Program-made: the position numbers and the translations under genes | In this document: positions 11,455-23,979 of the stretch, one piece after another | Numbering within the stretch: the first letter of the stretch is position 1 | How the letters are laid out: each line of letters opens with the position of its first letter | The notes under the pieces: generated by a model | Databases searched by the model: none | The model's input: only the letters and a program-made list of their open reading frames with translations | Told to the model about the DNA's origin: nothing | Source of the DNA: Catajapyx aquilonaris | Taxonomy: Eukaryota | NCBI GenBank assembly: GCA_000934665.2 | Contig: KZ538925.1 | Location: 1-40,018 of the forward strand | Length of the DNA: 40,018 nucleotides | Direction of reading: 5' to 3'

Positions 11455-11779
11455 CTAGCTGCGGCACCCGGCGTTGCCCGGGAAGAAATGATTGAAGGGA
11501 AAACACCTGCCAGTACCCCCGTCAACTGTCTGTCTTTCTGTGTGTCCGCCCACCAATGCCATCTGTGGTCCTGCTACTTCCAACACCTTGAACCTCTCCC
11601 GCCTGTATAACGGCAACCGTCATTTGCCTGCCATCTGTAGTCAACCCCCCCCCCCCCCCCACCTCCATCCTCTCCCGACCTAGGGGTGGAGCACAGATGG
11701 CAGGCAAATGACGGTTGGCAGGCGGACAGACAGAGAGACAGACAGACAGACTCACAAACTGCTTTATTTATATAGAAGA
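11455..11779 (-). mobile_element. Non-autonomous Helitron family H1, copy 2
   Basis: A|CTAGCTGCGGCACCCGGCGTTGCCCGGG ... (ACAG)n ... GCTTTATTTATATAGAAGA|T, inserted into an AT-rich tract. Confidence 0.9.
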
Positions 11780-12125
11780 TAGATTTTTATTTGTTTTTTA
11801 TTTTTTGTTGCTATTATTATTATGTTTATATATTAATATTTTGAAATTAATTTTATTTATTTATTTAAATTTAAGTTATTTATTATTTTATTTATTTTTA
11901 TTTTTTGTTGCTTTTATTTTTATTTTTATACCCTACATTAAAATTTTTAAATTAATTAATTAATTAGGATTTCAGTTATTTATTATTTTATTTCATTGCG
12001 TAACTTAGTCGTTAAATTTATTCGTTTGAGTGTTTTAAATGTAATATATTTAAGTTATTTTCAATATTTGAATGTTATTATGTGCATTTATTAATTTTGT
12101 TAATTAAATTTATTTGCGTTTTAAA
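11780..12125. repeat. AT-rich low-complexity tract (continues on the other side of the Helitron at about 11320-11454)
   Basis: Almost entirely TTTA/TTAA-type words. Confidence 0.85.
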
Positions 12126-12825
12126 AACGAGATGTTATCACTTTGCAAAATTCTGATTTGGCAGAATATTCTCTCATAGGAATTTATCTTCACTTCTTTT
12201 CCCACACTTGCGAAAAAAAAACCCTTCTAAAAAGTTAATGCAATTCCATCAAAGGGAGCCAACCTGCTGTTTCGGATTTTCGCAATTTTCCAAGTTTAAA
12301 AAAAAAAGTTTTCCCGCCTTTTCAAAAAAAAAAAAGAAGTTTTGCACCCTTTTATGACGGTTTAAACCAAAGTTTTCTTGCCGGTTTGATTGCATTTCAT
12401 TTTTTCATGCATTCTTGTCCGACACCGCGAGAAATAAATTGCCATCGTGTGTCTCATAAACCTGGAGCTTGAAAATTGTCTAATCAGAGGTTGTACGTAG
12501 AGTACAGGGTGAGTCAAAAATCATATTGTCCGGATTGCGATCTGGCCAAAAGTCCATTTTTATTGTATTCGTTGCTATTTCTTTTATTGTTACATTACAT
12601 GTCGGATGTCATAAGACAGGGTGTGTTCTAGCCTAGAGTGCGGGGGCGGCCCTGGATTTTTTTTTTCTGGAGGACATGGGGGGGTTATATCTGCTCGATA
12701 AATCGATGTGGCGGTTGTGCGCCTTTGCGTCAAGTGGTGGCGGCACACTGTGACACAGCCTTACCCCCTCAGGTATATATATATGGTCAGGCGGGTTAAG
12801 GTAGGGGTGAGTTGAGACTGGGGGG

Positions 12826-12857
12826 NNNNNNNNNNNNNNNNNNNNNNNNNNNNNNNN
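12826..12857. other. Assembly gap after a poly-G run
   Basis: Run of N. Confidence 0.99.
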
Positions 12858-13154
12858 GAGGGCCCAGCAGTAGTGAAAGGGAAGAGCTTGTTGGGAGACG
12901 TTCATGGGACGGTTCGGACGCGTACGGTACGCGCCCGCGCCCAAATCGGACGAAGGGTATGTAACCTATATGCACATGCACCTGGCCATTAGCCACACTC
13001 TTTATATCAATACTATAGCAGGGGATTGATAAATAAAAAGAAATTATGTGCCACAATTTCTGCAAATGACACATCAAATGTTATTTAAAAATCTACATTT
13101 TTTGGTATTTATATGCTCCAAAAAATTGCAGTATATTTACCCTAAGTAAGACGT

Positions 13155-13252
13155 CAGTGTGCCAAGTTTCACTACTCTCAGTACTCCGAAAGTGTGTTAG
13201 GTAGCAATGCCATACATCCCAACAAACTTTCTGCTTTATAGCTATATGTAAG
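13155..13252 (-). mobile_element. Helitron-like 5' end, family H2 (related segments at 21241-21340 + and 37638-37700 +)
   Basis: Reverse complement TATAAAGCAGAAAGTTTGTTGGGATGTATG...GCTACCTAACACACTTTCGGAGTACTGAGAGTAGTGAAACTTGGCACA aligns with 21251-21338. Begins A|TC. 3' end not located. Confidence 0.6.
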
Positions 13253-14552
13253 ATGCTATTTCAATATACGAAAAGGTGATGCGAATTCAACTACCGCGAT
13301 CCCATATTCATTAAACGCAATAAAAAAAATCACCTGCTGTATGTACTTCCACATTTTATATATATTTTTTACGCCTATTGATCCCATCGCATTGGTAGTA
13401 GATAAACCCGGACTTTTATAGCAACATTAACGAGCACCTTTGCGATCTTGCTGCATTATTCATGAACAATGGAGGAGCCCGCAAGTCCATTGTACTCTAC
13501 ATAGTCGTATAACCGGCTCCATTTTTGCAAAAGTTACTTTTTGCAAAAATTTGCGAAATCCCTTGTACCCATAGAACGAAAATCAAAAGCCGGCTTGCAG
13601 AATAAAGCTATGCGCTAGTCATAATGAATATGATGCTTTGACCTTACGCGTGATTTCAGTAGTTACAGTGCGTGCATGCATTATTAATATTTCTGCGAGC
13701 CTGTCAGCTGATATTAAATCCCTTTCAAAAAAAACGAGCCCCTCCCAAGCCCCTTTGCATGATCAAAACTCTATGTATACATAACCTGGATTTTTTTTTT
13801 GCTCATAAAATTTAGCGTCATGGCCGCCTATTGCGTCATTGCAGTGTGCAAAAATTAGTTTGAAGGTTAGGTGTCATTTGTTACTTTAATAATGCAATTT
13901 GATATGTTTGTACAGCAAAATATTTCTGCGAAGTAACAACAAGGAAGCCGAAGCCCATTCAATAATTCATGTACATTCGGGGCCATTGCCACATCAGGCA
14001 AACAACTATTTTTAGATCAGTGGAAAAATGGTAGGAAATGAACTTTAAAAAATATTGAAAAAATCGTCGGGAAATAAAATAACCCGTAATATCAATCATG
14101 TAATAAATTTATTGAGTTAAATATATTTTTAAACCCCCATTTTGATGCTTTGATGTTTTAAGAACATCAGAGCAATCAATATGCGACTGCAGTATCTATG
14201 CAGTACATTTTTGCAAACACACACAAAATGCATTTTTCATTGAGCCTACATGACTGCCGGAGACATTTTTGTGATAGATCCGCAGAAATAACGATTTGCA
14301 TAGAAATCGGACACACCCGTCCTGTCATGCTATGAAATTCAGACCGTGGAAAACAATTGATTTTTCTTTGTGCACGACTGATTTCCGATTGGTGTTTTTT
14401 TTAAATCTGTTTCTTATTCCGTTAAAGCGTATATTTTTGAGGTTATTAATTCAGTTAGATCCAATAGTCAATATCTAAGTTCGATTAGTTTCGAACCTTC
14501 GTTCCTTATTTTCACATGGGATGTCGAAATAAAAGTTCGCACAAAACTTATA

Positions 14553-14896
14553 CTAGAAAAACTCTCGCGCTTGCTTTTTCTAGGCCTGCGACCTACGGTG
14601 GTGGAGACCATATACTGTTAATCGCTTTGGCTTTCGAATAGCCCGGTTATCAGGAAACGTCCTGAAGTCCCTGACTGGCAACAATATGAAAGTTTTGCCA
14701 ACTAACAATACAGAGATGGGTGGATGGTACGAAGTTGACTTTCCGGCAGTCAGCGTTCCAATGGATAGTTCCCCCTTCCATCCACCAGAGGCGCTGTACC
14801 CACTGCGCATGCGTAGAACGCGAGCCAATAGAAAACGTCGCTGCAACAATCAGAAGGATTGCACAAACACGCCAACTACGATTTTAATATTATAGA
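14553..14896 (-). mobile_element. Probable non-autonomous Helitron family H3
   Basis: Bounded by A|CTAG (14553) and TTTTAATATTATAGA|T. Internal CCACCAGAGGCGC...AGAACG(C/G)GAGCCAAT is shared with 26920-27026. Confidence 0.65.
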
Positions 14897-15589
14897 TAGG
14901 CCTACTGCTTATTTTCTAGTTATTTTTATTAATACGTATTTACCTTTTCTTAAGTAATTCATTTTAAAAAAATTGCAAAAAAATATAGCAGGTGCTTGCA
15001 GGACTTTAGGTGGCAAAAAGGGGGTATCTCTCTTTGTACTCGCCGGAAATTGAGTTTACTGTTGGAGGTAGAGGTGAGGTCGTTTTGATTGATCTGATTT
15101 TCATCCTCGGCTCTTTTCCACACCACTCGTTTTGCTCACAAAATTCTTTTGAGCGAACCTCCCCCCCTTTTTTTCTTTTGCCTTTTGGCACCACCTTACA
15201 CGCATACTGGTTACATCCTCATTGCTCTGCAAAAAAAAAAAAAAAAATGGCCAAGAAAAATACAAGGTCGTAAGATGTGGTGAAGCAAATGGCGTCCTTT
15301 GAAGCCAAAGAAAGTGACGGTTCAGGGAGCATCAAAAGGGGATATATTAAATTAATAGCATTTCACCCCCCCCCCCCCTCACCCCATGCTAATGATTAGA
15401 CCGCACTTTCTTGTGTATTGTTGGCTAAGGTCTGGATACAGCGAATTTTCTTCCAGCTTTTTTTTTTTGTGTGTGTATAACAACAGCTGAGATTTTAAAG
15501 GGAGGAATTATTTAAATGAAGCTTATAGCTCCAGGGCTGCTGGTTATACGAACTAGGAATAGGGAAGCTGAATCCAATTTGTTCCGTAT

Positions 15590-16085
15590 TTTGTACAGCT
15601 TATGGTAATGTAGCCAAAAAGTGGAAAATTACGTGACCGGATGAACCGGAATCCGGAGTGCGTGTGACGTCACAGATGTGGTGTACCGTCGGATCCCATT
15701 TTGAATCAAAGTTTTACTAGTACACGGCTCAACGGATTTTTGGCACGATTATAGTCACGTGCACTGTGTTTTAAAATTTAAAATTTAAATATCATTTAAT
15801 CAAATGTGCGATATTAAAAATTGAGCAATATTATTGGGACTGCTGTTCGCACATTGATTTGTTGGTGCCACGTTTATTTTTCGGTGATTATTATTATTAT
15901 TATACTATTGTTATTTCCTGCAGGAGAAACAAAATAGCAGCAATGCAAATTTTGCACACTTTAAGCCATTGTGCCAAAAATGTGCAAAATTACATGACAG
16001 AAAACCCGGAATTCCGGCAGTCGTGTGACGTCACAAATGTGATGAACCAACGGATCAGAATTAATTGATTGAAGTTTGTTCACAG
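15590..16085 (+). repeat. Diverged direct duplication (about 360-bp offset) carrying TGACGTCA
   Basis: GCCAAAAA.TG..AAAATTAC.TGAC...CCGGAAT.CCGG...CGTGTGACGTCACA.ATGTG.TG.ACC..CGGATC at about 15612-15695 and 15973-16056. Confidence 0.75.
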
Positions 16086-16346
16086 TTCAGCAGGATTAGG
16101 CAGAAAGCACGCGACATCCATTTTTTTTGTTACATAAATTGCACTTTGGCTGTTTAATTAAATTATTACAACTTGCAGAACCTGTATAAGCCTGGGAGTC
16201 AATATCGAGGTTCACACTCGGTTATCCCCCCCGCATAACACGATTAAACCACATATGAAATGATAGGTAATTGCTTGTTGACTGCAAATAAACAGGCTTA
16301 CATGATGGCGTGCCCACAATACCACGTCGATAATCTTCATTTTGTA

Positions 16347-16765
16347 CGGGGTATTCCAACTGGACTCTGCTTATTAATAATTATAGTTCGCAATAAGTAG
16401 CTTATTAGCTGATAAGTCTGATCTGAAATATGGGTTCAACAGCTGACCTTCGGCTCCGAAGGGTCAGAAAATGAATTATGAGAAATATCGCACGAAGTGT
16501 GAACAATGTAAATTTTAAATTTATGTCGATGACTGCAATTTTTAATCCAGAATTTGACTCGAATATTAGTTTAACTTACAGGATTGCAATTATTAAACGA
16601 ACATGGCAACATGGCCCCCCAGACAGTCCATCTAGTACCACATATCTCACATAGATGACTCTGCAGACTACTGATGACTCACCGCGGACAAACAAAGGCA
16701 CAGACCATGCATTTAATTTTTTAATTGCGAAATCAAAGCTTTCAGTGCCCAGTTGGAACACCCTG
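16347..16765. mobile_element. TA-flanked Tc1/mariner-type MITE with short TIRs
   Basis: TA|CGGGGTATTCCAACTGG ... CCAGTTGGAACACCCTG|TA (2 mismatches in 17). Confidence 0.7.
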
Positions 16766-17329
16766 TACCATAAAATGAGATCGCACAATGTTAAAAATAA
16801 CATTCTTCCCTCCTCTCCCATTGGCTTTCTACAATAGTGATCAAATAGCTATTAGAGAGACCTAGTTCCCACGGTGATCTTTTGAGTGAACCTGCCAATC
16901 ATTCCTGTGGGAGAGGTCAAATCAGCATAGAATCAAATGCAGTGGGGGGGGGGGGCTATTTTTCTCACCACCCTTTGATTACGTCACCAAGTTCCATCCA
17001 GAGGAAAGGGTGCGTGACGGACATGACGTCATACTTATCGACTGCCCCACTGCCCTATCTCCACTTTCAACTCTTTTTTTTGGGGGGGGGGGGGGAGGGG
17101 TGGAGAAGAGATTCCAGGGAACGAGCCTGTTAAAATGACCCGCCCACATACATAACCACACTCATTTTGCCTTCTACAAGTCAAGGTGATGTTTCTTCGT
17201 CACACAAGGTTTTATATTTGTACCTGGATTTAACAGACGTTTGAAAATGTTTCTAACGACCATGATAATATCCGTTTAAGCAGCTCCTTTAAACTACCTA
17301 TACCTAAAAGTAGCAAAAGCAAAAGAAAA

Positions 17330-17850
17330 CTAGAATAATGCGAGCGAAGCGAGTGTTTCTCCAACCGCAGGCATAGAAAAATACGAGCGAAGCGGGGTGC
17401 GGGTGTTTCTGCAAGTAGTGTCTCTTAAAAATCATATAATTTTGATGATTATTTTATTAGTCATAAATTCCCATTGTTTTCTTTTCAAAGAAGTTCGGAA
17501 GGAACTCACAGACAGTAAGAGAGTCGCCACTTCTGACGTCACGATCGTCTCTGATTGGCTGGAGTAATTCTGGACTGTTTGTGGTTGCCATCTTGCGTTG
17601 TTATGTAAAAAGTGGCTGGCTCTGACGTCACGGTCGACTCAGATTGGCTGGAGTAGCTGGCTCCAGCCAATCGGGAGTCGACCGTGATGACAGAAGTTGA
17701 AGAATCTCTTCCTATAGAGGCTCTCTGATCATAAATACCGGTTGTAACAGCTGTTTTTGAAAGAAGTTCGGAAGGAACTCAGGAGATGGCGCATGCTGCT
17801 TCCCTCCGAAATTTTCCAGTGGCACGACATGACGCAGGCGTTTTAATATA
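17330..17850 (-). mobile_element. Probable non-autonomous Helitron family H4 with internal hairpin and direct repeats
   Basis: A|CTAG at 17330 followed by GCGAGCGAAGCGAG. The other end GTGGCACGACATGAC...GCGTTTTAATAT is shared with 26780-26848. Internal palindrome about 17628-17687. Direct repeat AAAGAAGTTCGGAAGGAACTCA at 17487 and 17760. Confidence 0.55.
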
Positions 17851-19599
17851 CGGTACAGGATATCTATAAATTGTTAATTTGTATTATTGTCCTCGTTTTA
17901 CGTTTTACACTCCTCATTTTTAGCAGACTTTTTAAAAAATGATTCCGTCTGGTTGCCGGGAAACGTCACGTTGTCAAAATTGTCCCCGATGTTTAGCTTC
18001 CGGTTGGCGAAACCAGATCTAGGTTAGATGTTATCATGGTGGGAGGGAAGGGGGATGGGGAGGGGGGGGGGGGGNGGGGGGGGGGGTCCTAATATGGTTC
18101 TTACGAAATGATACTGTTTGATCGAGGCAGCAACGTTCCCTGGAGTGTCCACATCAAGAGACAGACTATAAAGTCAAATTCTACAGGACCTAGAAATAGG
18201 ACGGGCTCTTTAAAAAAAAAAGTGGGATAGCCTTGTAGTAGGTTACAGGAAGCATTCATGTGCACTGTACCATTGTCTTTTATTACCGGTACTTTAAAAA
18301 ATGCAGAGGTACAGTACTGTAACTAAGTGCTGCATTTCTACAGGTTGTGTCAGAACTCAAGCGCTAAGATAATTACAGCAGGTTAGTGTGAAAAACTGAC
18401 TCTTAAAAGACTCTCACTTATTGGCACACAAAGCACATTGTTTGTCCTTTATTCCATAAAATTTATTGTCCTTAAAATTAACGCTCCGACTCTTCATTTC
18501 TTTTGCTGAAATGTGCCAAAATTGTGCCCGCGGTTGGCATCAGCGCGTTAGCTACAATTGTGCTCCAGAATATGAATTCAGTCGCATGACGTCTTCATTT
18601 CCTGATAATTAATTGCTGGGGAATTTGTAAAGCGCCAACGAGCTTCTCGGGAAGATTGTGCTGCCCCCAATTGTTTCAGAAGAAAAATGCTCCTACAGAA
18701 GATGTAGTCTCGACGCTAACGTTAGCAGTTATTTAATTGTATTAATTATAAAACCGGCCTAATTAGGGCCGCTTTACAAAATTTAATTTAAATCACTTGT
18801 CGAAATGTTTTGATAAGAAGTGTTGTACCCTGTATCCTCGTCGCTCATTTGTTACAATAATTTGTCCATATCATTATGAAACACACTGTACATGTCCCGC
18901 GAGACAAGCAGTTTCGTGACCCCTGTACTTGCCTGTAAGTCCAACCTTCCATCCTAATTTGGAAGGCCCGGTTCTGTATCTGGCTCCAAATTGGTGTTGA
19001 TTCTGATCCAGTTCCAACCCGCTCCGAATATGTATGCATGCACATCATATAACACTGTGTAAATCACCCTATATCAGGACCTGGCATAATTATGCGAAAG
19101 GAAGCAGGTTTTAGGGAGCGGGCGCGGTTGTAATAATAGATAAGGGGAGGGTGGGCAGGGGGGAGGGTGGGTGAAACCAGTTTTATTTGCAGAAGCATGA
19201 TGGTGATTATGACCGGAGAAAATCCGTCGTCTAATTAAGCTTGGGAGAGCCGGGTGGTAACATCTCTCCCAGCTTTTGTGTGTATGATAGAAAAAAAGCC
19301 GGGTTTGAGAAAAGCCTCATTCGTCAGCAGCGACTGGCTGGCTGGAAGGGCCTTTGCTTCCCACCCCCGCCATACCCCCCCCCCCTCTCTCTCTCTCTTC
19401 CAAGGCTATTTTCATACTGATCAATACGAGAAAAGGTGCATGCCAACCCCCCCTTTTCTGCCCCCCTTCCCAAAAAGCAATGGGGGGGCTTCTGTCTGCA
19501 GGTGCCGCCACCGTTGAATCTCGCCACAACTATTGCCATTGTTTCACTCCATGGTAGAGTTGACGGCACTAAAAATCAGCAACATTTTTGCATACCGTA

Positions 19600-20200
19600 T
19601 TCATAATATTATTCATAACTTAACAACACTATTCCAAATTCAATTTCATTTCATTTATCATTTTATTTTTTGTTTTTATTTAATTATTATCTAATAAATT
19701 AATTCATTTTATTTCCGTTTTAATAATTATAATTATTTTATTTATTTATAATTTTATTCTATTTATTATTCCATTTTTTAAATATGATTTCTTAATATAT
19801 TTTTATTTAATTTTATGCAATTGTTTCTTTTATTGTTTTATTTCAATAGTGGATTTGCAGTATAATAATTATTTATTTAATTTATTTAATTTTATTATTT
19901 CATATTTTTATTACCGTATTTCATTTATTTTATGCCCGTATTTCATTTATTTCATTTTTTATTTTTTATTTTATGCCCGTATTTCATTTATTTCATATTT
20001 TTATTTTTTATTTTATGCCCGCATTTCATTTATTTTATTTTATTATTTCATATATTTTAATTTTATATTTTTAATATTGATGCGATATTGTCATTCAGTA
20101 TTATTTTACATACCGGTATTCATAAATATTATTCATTTTATGAATAGTATAATAATTATGATATACTACGGTATACTAGGTAATTTGGGAGATTAATATT
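19600..20200. repeat. AT-rich low-complexity tract with short tandem duplications (TTTTATGCCCGTATTTCATTTATTT)
   Basis: The motif recurs at about 19928, 19969 and 20011. Confidence 0.85.
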
Positions 20201-21240
20201 TTTTGCCAATTTCTGCAGGTAGCAATTATTGATGGATAGTGAGTTACTGATCTGACATCGTTGAAAGTGACCATTAGCAACATTTCCAGCGTTCAAACTG
20301 GTCCTTTGCCAAAATTGCCAGCATTAATTTCCATGAAAATGTAATTATGGAATTCATACTTTTTCCCTTCCAAATTTGGATCGGGAATAATTATACACAG
20401 AGCGTAGAAATTATTCCACATTTGGCAAGGCCAAGTGCAAGGTCAGGGCTGCCCCACTGAAGCTGCCATATACCTGCTGCTATTGCGCTTTTAAAAATAG
20501 CGGTTCTTATGCACTGCTAATCACATCTGGTTATTTCTCGGGGGCTGAAAGTAACAGCATCCAACAACAGTGCCCTCTGGGGGATGCGACCAATTAGTAG
20601 ACAAGAGCTGGCGGGTACGACACGCAATGTGTTCCCATGTGGACACAGCGATTGTCCGACACGAGTTCAACCAAATGAGAAGTGTGTTTGGCCGATTACG
20701 TCTTGTGGAAGTGGGTGTGGATGTTTAGATGGGGAGGAAGGGGATTTTGATGGGCGTGACTTTCGACGAAGGCCCCTCTCTCGCCAGTCACAAATGGCAT
20801 GGATGCCATCCATTATTTAAGCAGTCGGCAGAAATGGGGTGGTATGGAAGAGAAGGGGTGGGTGGGTGGGGTGGGTGGGGACACAAACTGGGCCAAACGC
20901 CAATCGATATCCCCAGTGTAATTTTGGCCGGAACATTAATGAAATCCTGGGGTTTGGGTCATGCTTGGTTACAAGGAGGGGGTACCCCGGGTGCCCTCTG
21001 ACAAAACCCTTGTAGTTTGTTGGCTTCGGTTTTGCGAGATGACCCCGCATGAAAGTTGGGTACATGATCAATTAAGGGCTTCGGAAGGCCGCAGAAATTA
21101 ACCGCGTTATTCAATTACTAATTGTGCCCGTCACGCTCCTAATTACAAAAATTGGGGCTAAAATGGAGGTATTTTTCACTATCCTACCCACAAATAAATA
21201 AACAGCCTGATTAGATTAGCAGAGGATTGGGTATAGGTTA

Positions 21241-21340
21241 TCTCCCATTGTATAAACTGAAAAGTTTGTTGGTATGTATGTTTGTCCGGGTTACCTAACC
21301 CACTTCCGGACTACTGAGAGTGCTGAAACTTGGAACATTT
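21241..21340 (+). mobile_element. Helitron-like 5' end, family H2
   Basis: A|TCTCCCATTGTATAAACTGAAAAGTTTGTTGGTATGTATG...TTACCTAACCCACTTCCGGACTACTGAGAGTGCTGAAACTTGG. Confidence 0.6.
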
Positions 21341-21780
21341 ATGGATTACGTACCGCTGACTAAGTAGCTAAATACAGTACTCTTTAATAGTGAAGTAAAG
21401 AAGATCCAATTTGTTATACTACGATGATATGTGATTTCCATGCCCCTCCTCTTTGGTATAGCCAGCAATTGAGTTCGTGCACGCACTAAATTGGCACGCG
21501 TGCGATATTTGCCGAAATTACACATGGCATACACGATTGGTCTGAAGAAATTATTCAGGAGCTCGAGTATTTGCTGGGAAGGAAAAAGTCAGATCCATCG
21601 TGTAGATAAGGGGCATTCACACAAAATTTTGGCACACTCCACGCCTTTTCTCTTTTTTGTTTGTCTCCGAGATTTGGATCATTCAATTTGACTCGCCTTG
21701 AATTGAAAGCGTGTTGTATGTGCTTTATATGAAGTGGCCTGGCTATCAAAAAAAAAGGGTGAGAATTGTCTCATCCAATA

Positions 21781-22067
21781 CTATCTGCGGCACCGGGAAG
21801 AAATGAATGAAGGGAAAACACCTGCCAGTAGCCCCGTCAACTGTCAGTCTTTCTGTCTGTCCGTCCACCAATGCCATCTGTGGTCCTGCTAGTCCAACAC
21901 CTACAACCTCTCTAGCCTGTATAACGGCAACGTCATTTTCCTGCCATCTGTAGTCAACCCCCAACCTCTCCCGGCCTGGGGGTGGATCACAGATGGCAGG
22001 CAATAAAATGACGGTTGGCAGGCGGACAGACAGACAGACAGACTCACAAACGGCTTTATTTATATAG
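21781..22067 (-). mobile_element. Non-autonomous Helitron family H1, copy 3 (3' hairpin deleted, CTAG mutated)
   Basis: Collinear with 9338-9641 and 11455-11779. Starts CTATCTGCGGCACCGGGAAG and lacks the CGGCGTTGCC hairpin segment. Confidence 0.85.
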
Positions 22068-23543
22068 GGCCTAGATTGGCAAACGTGCAAGAAAAGTGTG
22101 ATTCAATTGACGTCATGGCACCATCATTTTAATCTGCTACTTTGAAACAGCTGCTATCGATTAATGTTATTAATATGCGTGAAACTAATTTATTTCAAAT
22201 GCTTCTCATTAACGCCTCCCTCGTTCTTTTTTTTTGCAAAAAAATATGGCAGTGAAGAGGAACTAATGGTGTCAGATTGTCTCATTGATTTATGTGGCTA
22301 TCTACCTAGAGAATTAGTCGGCGAATGAGTCGCCAGGCAGCGATTTGCCGTTAGCGGATCCTGAAATTAATTATGCAAAGTGCCCCACGTAGAAAGTGCA
22401 TAGTTTTTTTTGCATATTTTTGGTGGGCTTGTACTTTTCGCCAGATTTCCCCTTTGGCGAGGCGTTTGAAAATTTTATTAAGCGAACATTTTGGCGAAAG
22501 TGCTAATGTTTCCCTTCGTCATCTCATGTATAAGCAACCTTGCGTCGTTAGGAGTAACATGCGACTTAGGGTAGCCGTTTATTTTTTGGCCCGAATTTTG
22601 AGTTCGTTACACCTGCGAATCTATTTGCGTTTCCTGAGCTGGATTGTTATCAATGTTAATCAACGCCTGGCAATACTGTAATGTCCGCCTTCCTAGTGAG
22701 AGCTGTGTAAACTTGCGCCTTGCTCTTACCGTCGATTTTCTGCAAGTCAGGTCTCATGAACCGGTAATGTACACTCGGAAAGGGTTAAGCAAACGCTGAT
22801 AACAGCACCAAAATACATGTAGAAAGTTGAACACATTTTCATAAGCTTACTGAGGGTCATTTGCACAGTATTTTCAACGTAAAGCCACTTCACGTCGACA
22901 TCAACCCGGTTGGTACTTTTACTGCTAACTGCAAATTAATATAGTTATTGAACTTATATTGTTCCCCGTTACAGTGGGTTTTGTTCAATTAATATAATAT
23001 TTTGGAGCACTCAACATACTCGTATTATTGATCGATTAATTAATCACCAAATAACAAATAGGGGTAGTTACAAAGCGGAATAAATATGTGGCCTGCACTG
23101 AATATATTGACTGAATTAATAAAATTAATTGCTGTTGTTCTAGATATAATTCGGATAATCAAAATATTGTGGTTACTTACAATGACCGATTCCTTACCTT
23201 CAATAATAAATAAATTAGAGTACATTCATTTTCTTCACAAAGATGGCTCAAGTCATAACACACATAAAAATGCTTATCCCCTAAAATAATTTTTTGGTCA
23301 TTGTCTATGACACAAAATTGGCTTGGTTCCGTGCCTCTGTCCACTGTGAGTCATCATAATGTGCAGAGAAGGAGCGTGCGGGATCTATGTGAGAGATTTT
23401 GTACTATGTCAACTGTATGGGGCAGTGTTGCCACGTTTTGGTAACTAAATTCAAAATATTATAGAAGGTTATTATAAAATAATTAATAGTGGCAAACCCA
23501 TAGCCAAAATGGCAGCAGTGCGCCACCCAACTTGGACGTAGTA

Positions 23544-23932
23544 GAGATATACCCCGTGCTAGAGCCATGGGCTCTCTTAGGGGAGTGGATTACCAGCATC
23601 GTGCAGGGACAGGGTAGGGATAGGAGGGGGGGGGGGACACTGGTGCATGTGCAATGTCATCAAGTTGGGGGTCGTGTGCAGTCCCTCAGGGGGCCCGTTC
23701 GCCAAGATGACTCCCTAGATGCGAGTCAGAACTCCCGCACCTCCTCCAGGGAAGGGTAAGGAAGGAAGCGGCTGTGGCCTATTTTTACGGTACGATCCCG
23801 GAAATTATTCCTGGGGCGACCTTGGGAAACCACGGAAAACCAAGGTTAGGATCGCCGGCCTCCGGGATTCGAACCCAGGACCTCCCGATTAGCAGTCGGA
23901 CACCATATCCACTACACCACTACTGCTTCGGT
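23544..23932 (-). mobile_element. tRNA-derived SINE (family S2) with 15-bp TSD
   Basis: Minus-strand A box TGGTGTAGTGG (23909-23919), B box GGTTCGAATCCC (23864-23875), central GGTTTTCCGTGGTTTCCC...AGGCCACAGCCGCTTCCTTCC block like that of widespread arthropod SINEs. Exact direct repeat AACTTGGACGTAGTA at 23529-23543 and 23933-23947. Confidence 0.93.
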
Positions 23933-23979
23933 AACTTGGACGTAGTACGATAGGCCACTACCAGTTGGCGCATATAGTC

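Noticed and set aside
19849..20196. Hydrophobic F/I/Y-rich ORFs (also 11715-11963) resembling membrane or mitochondrial proteins
   Set aside because: Products of AT-rich low-complexity DNA with no mitochondrial gene motifs.
23855..23932. Possible tRNA-Ser(GCT) gene on the minus strand
   Set aside because: No long variable arm or proper acceptor stem. It continues into a SINE body and is bounded by a TSD.
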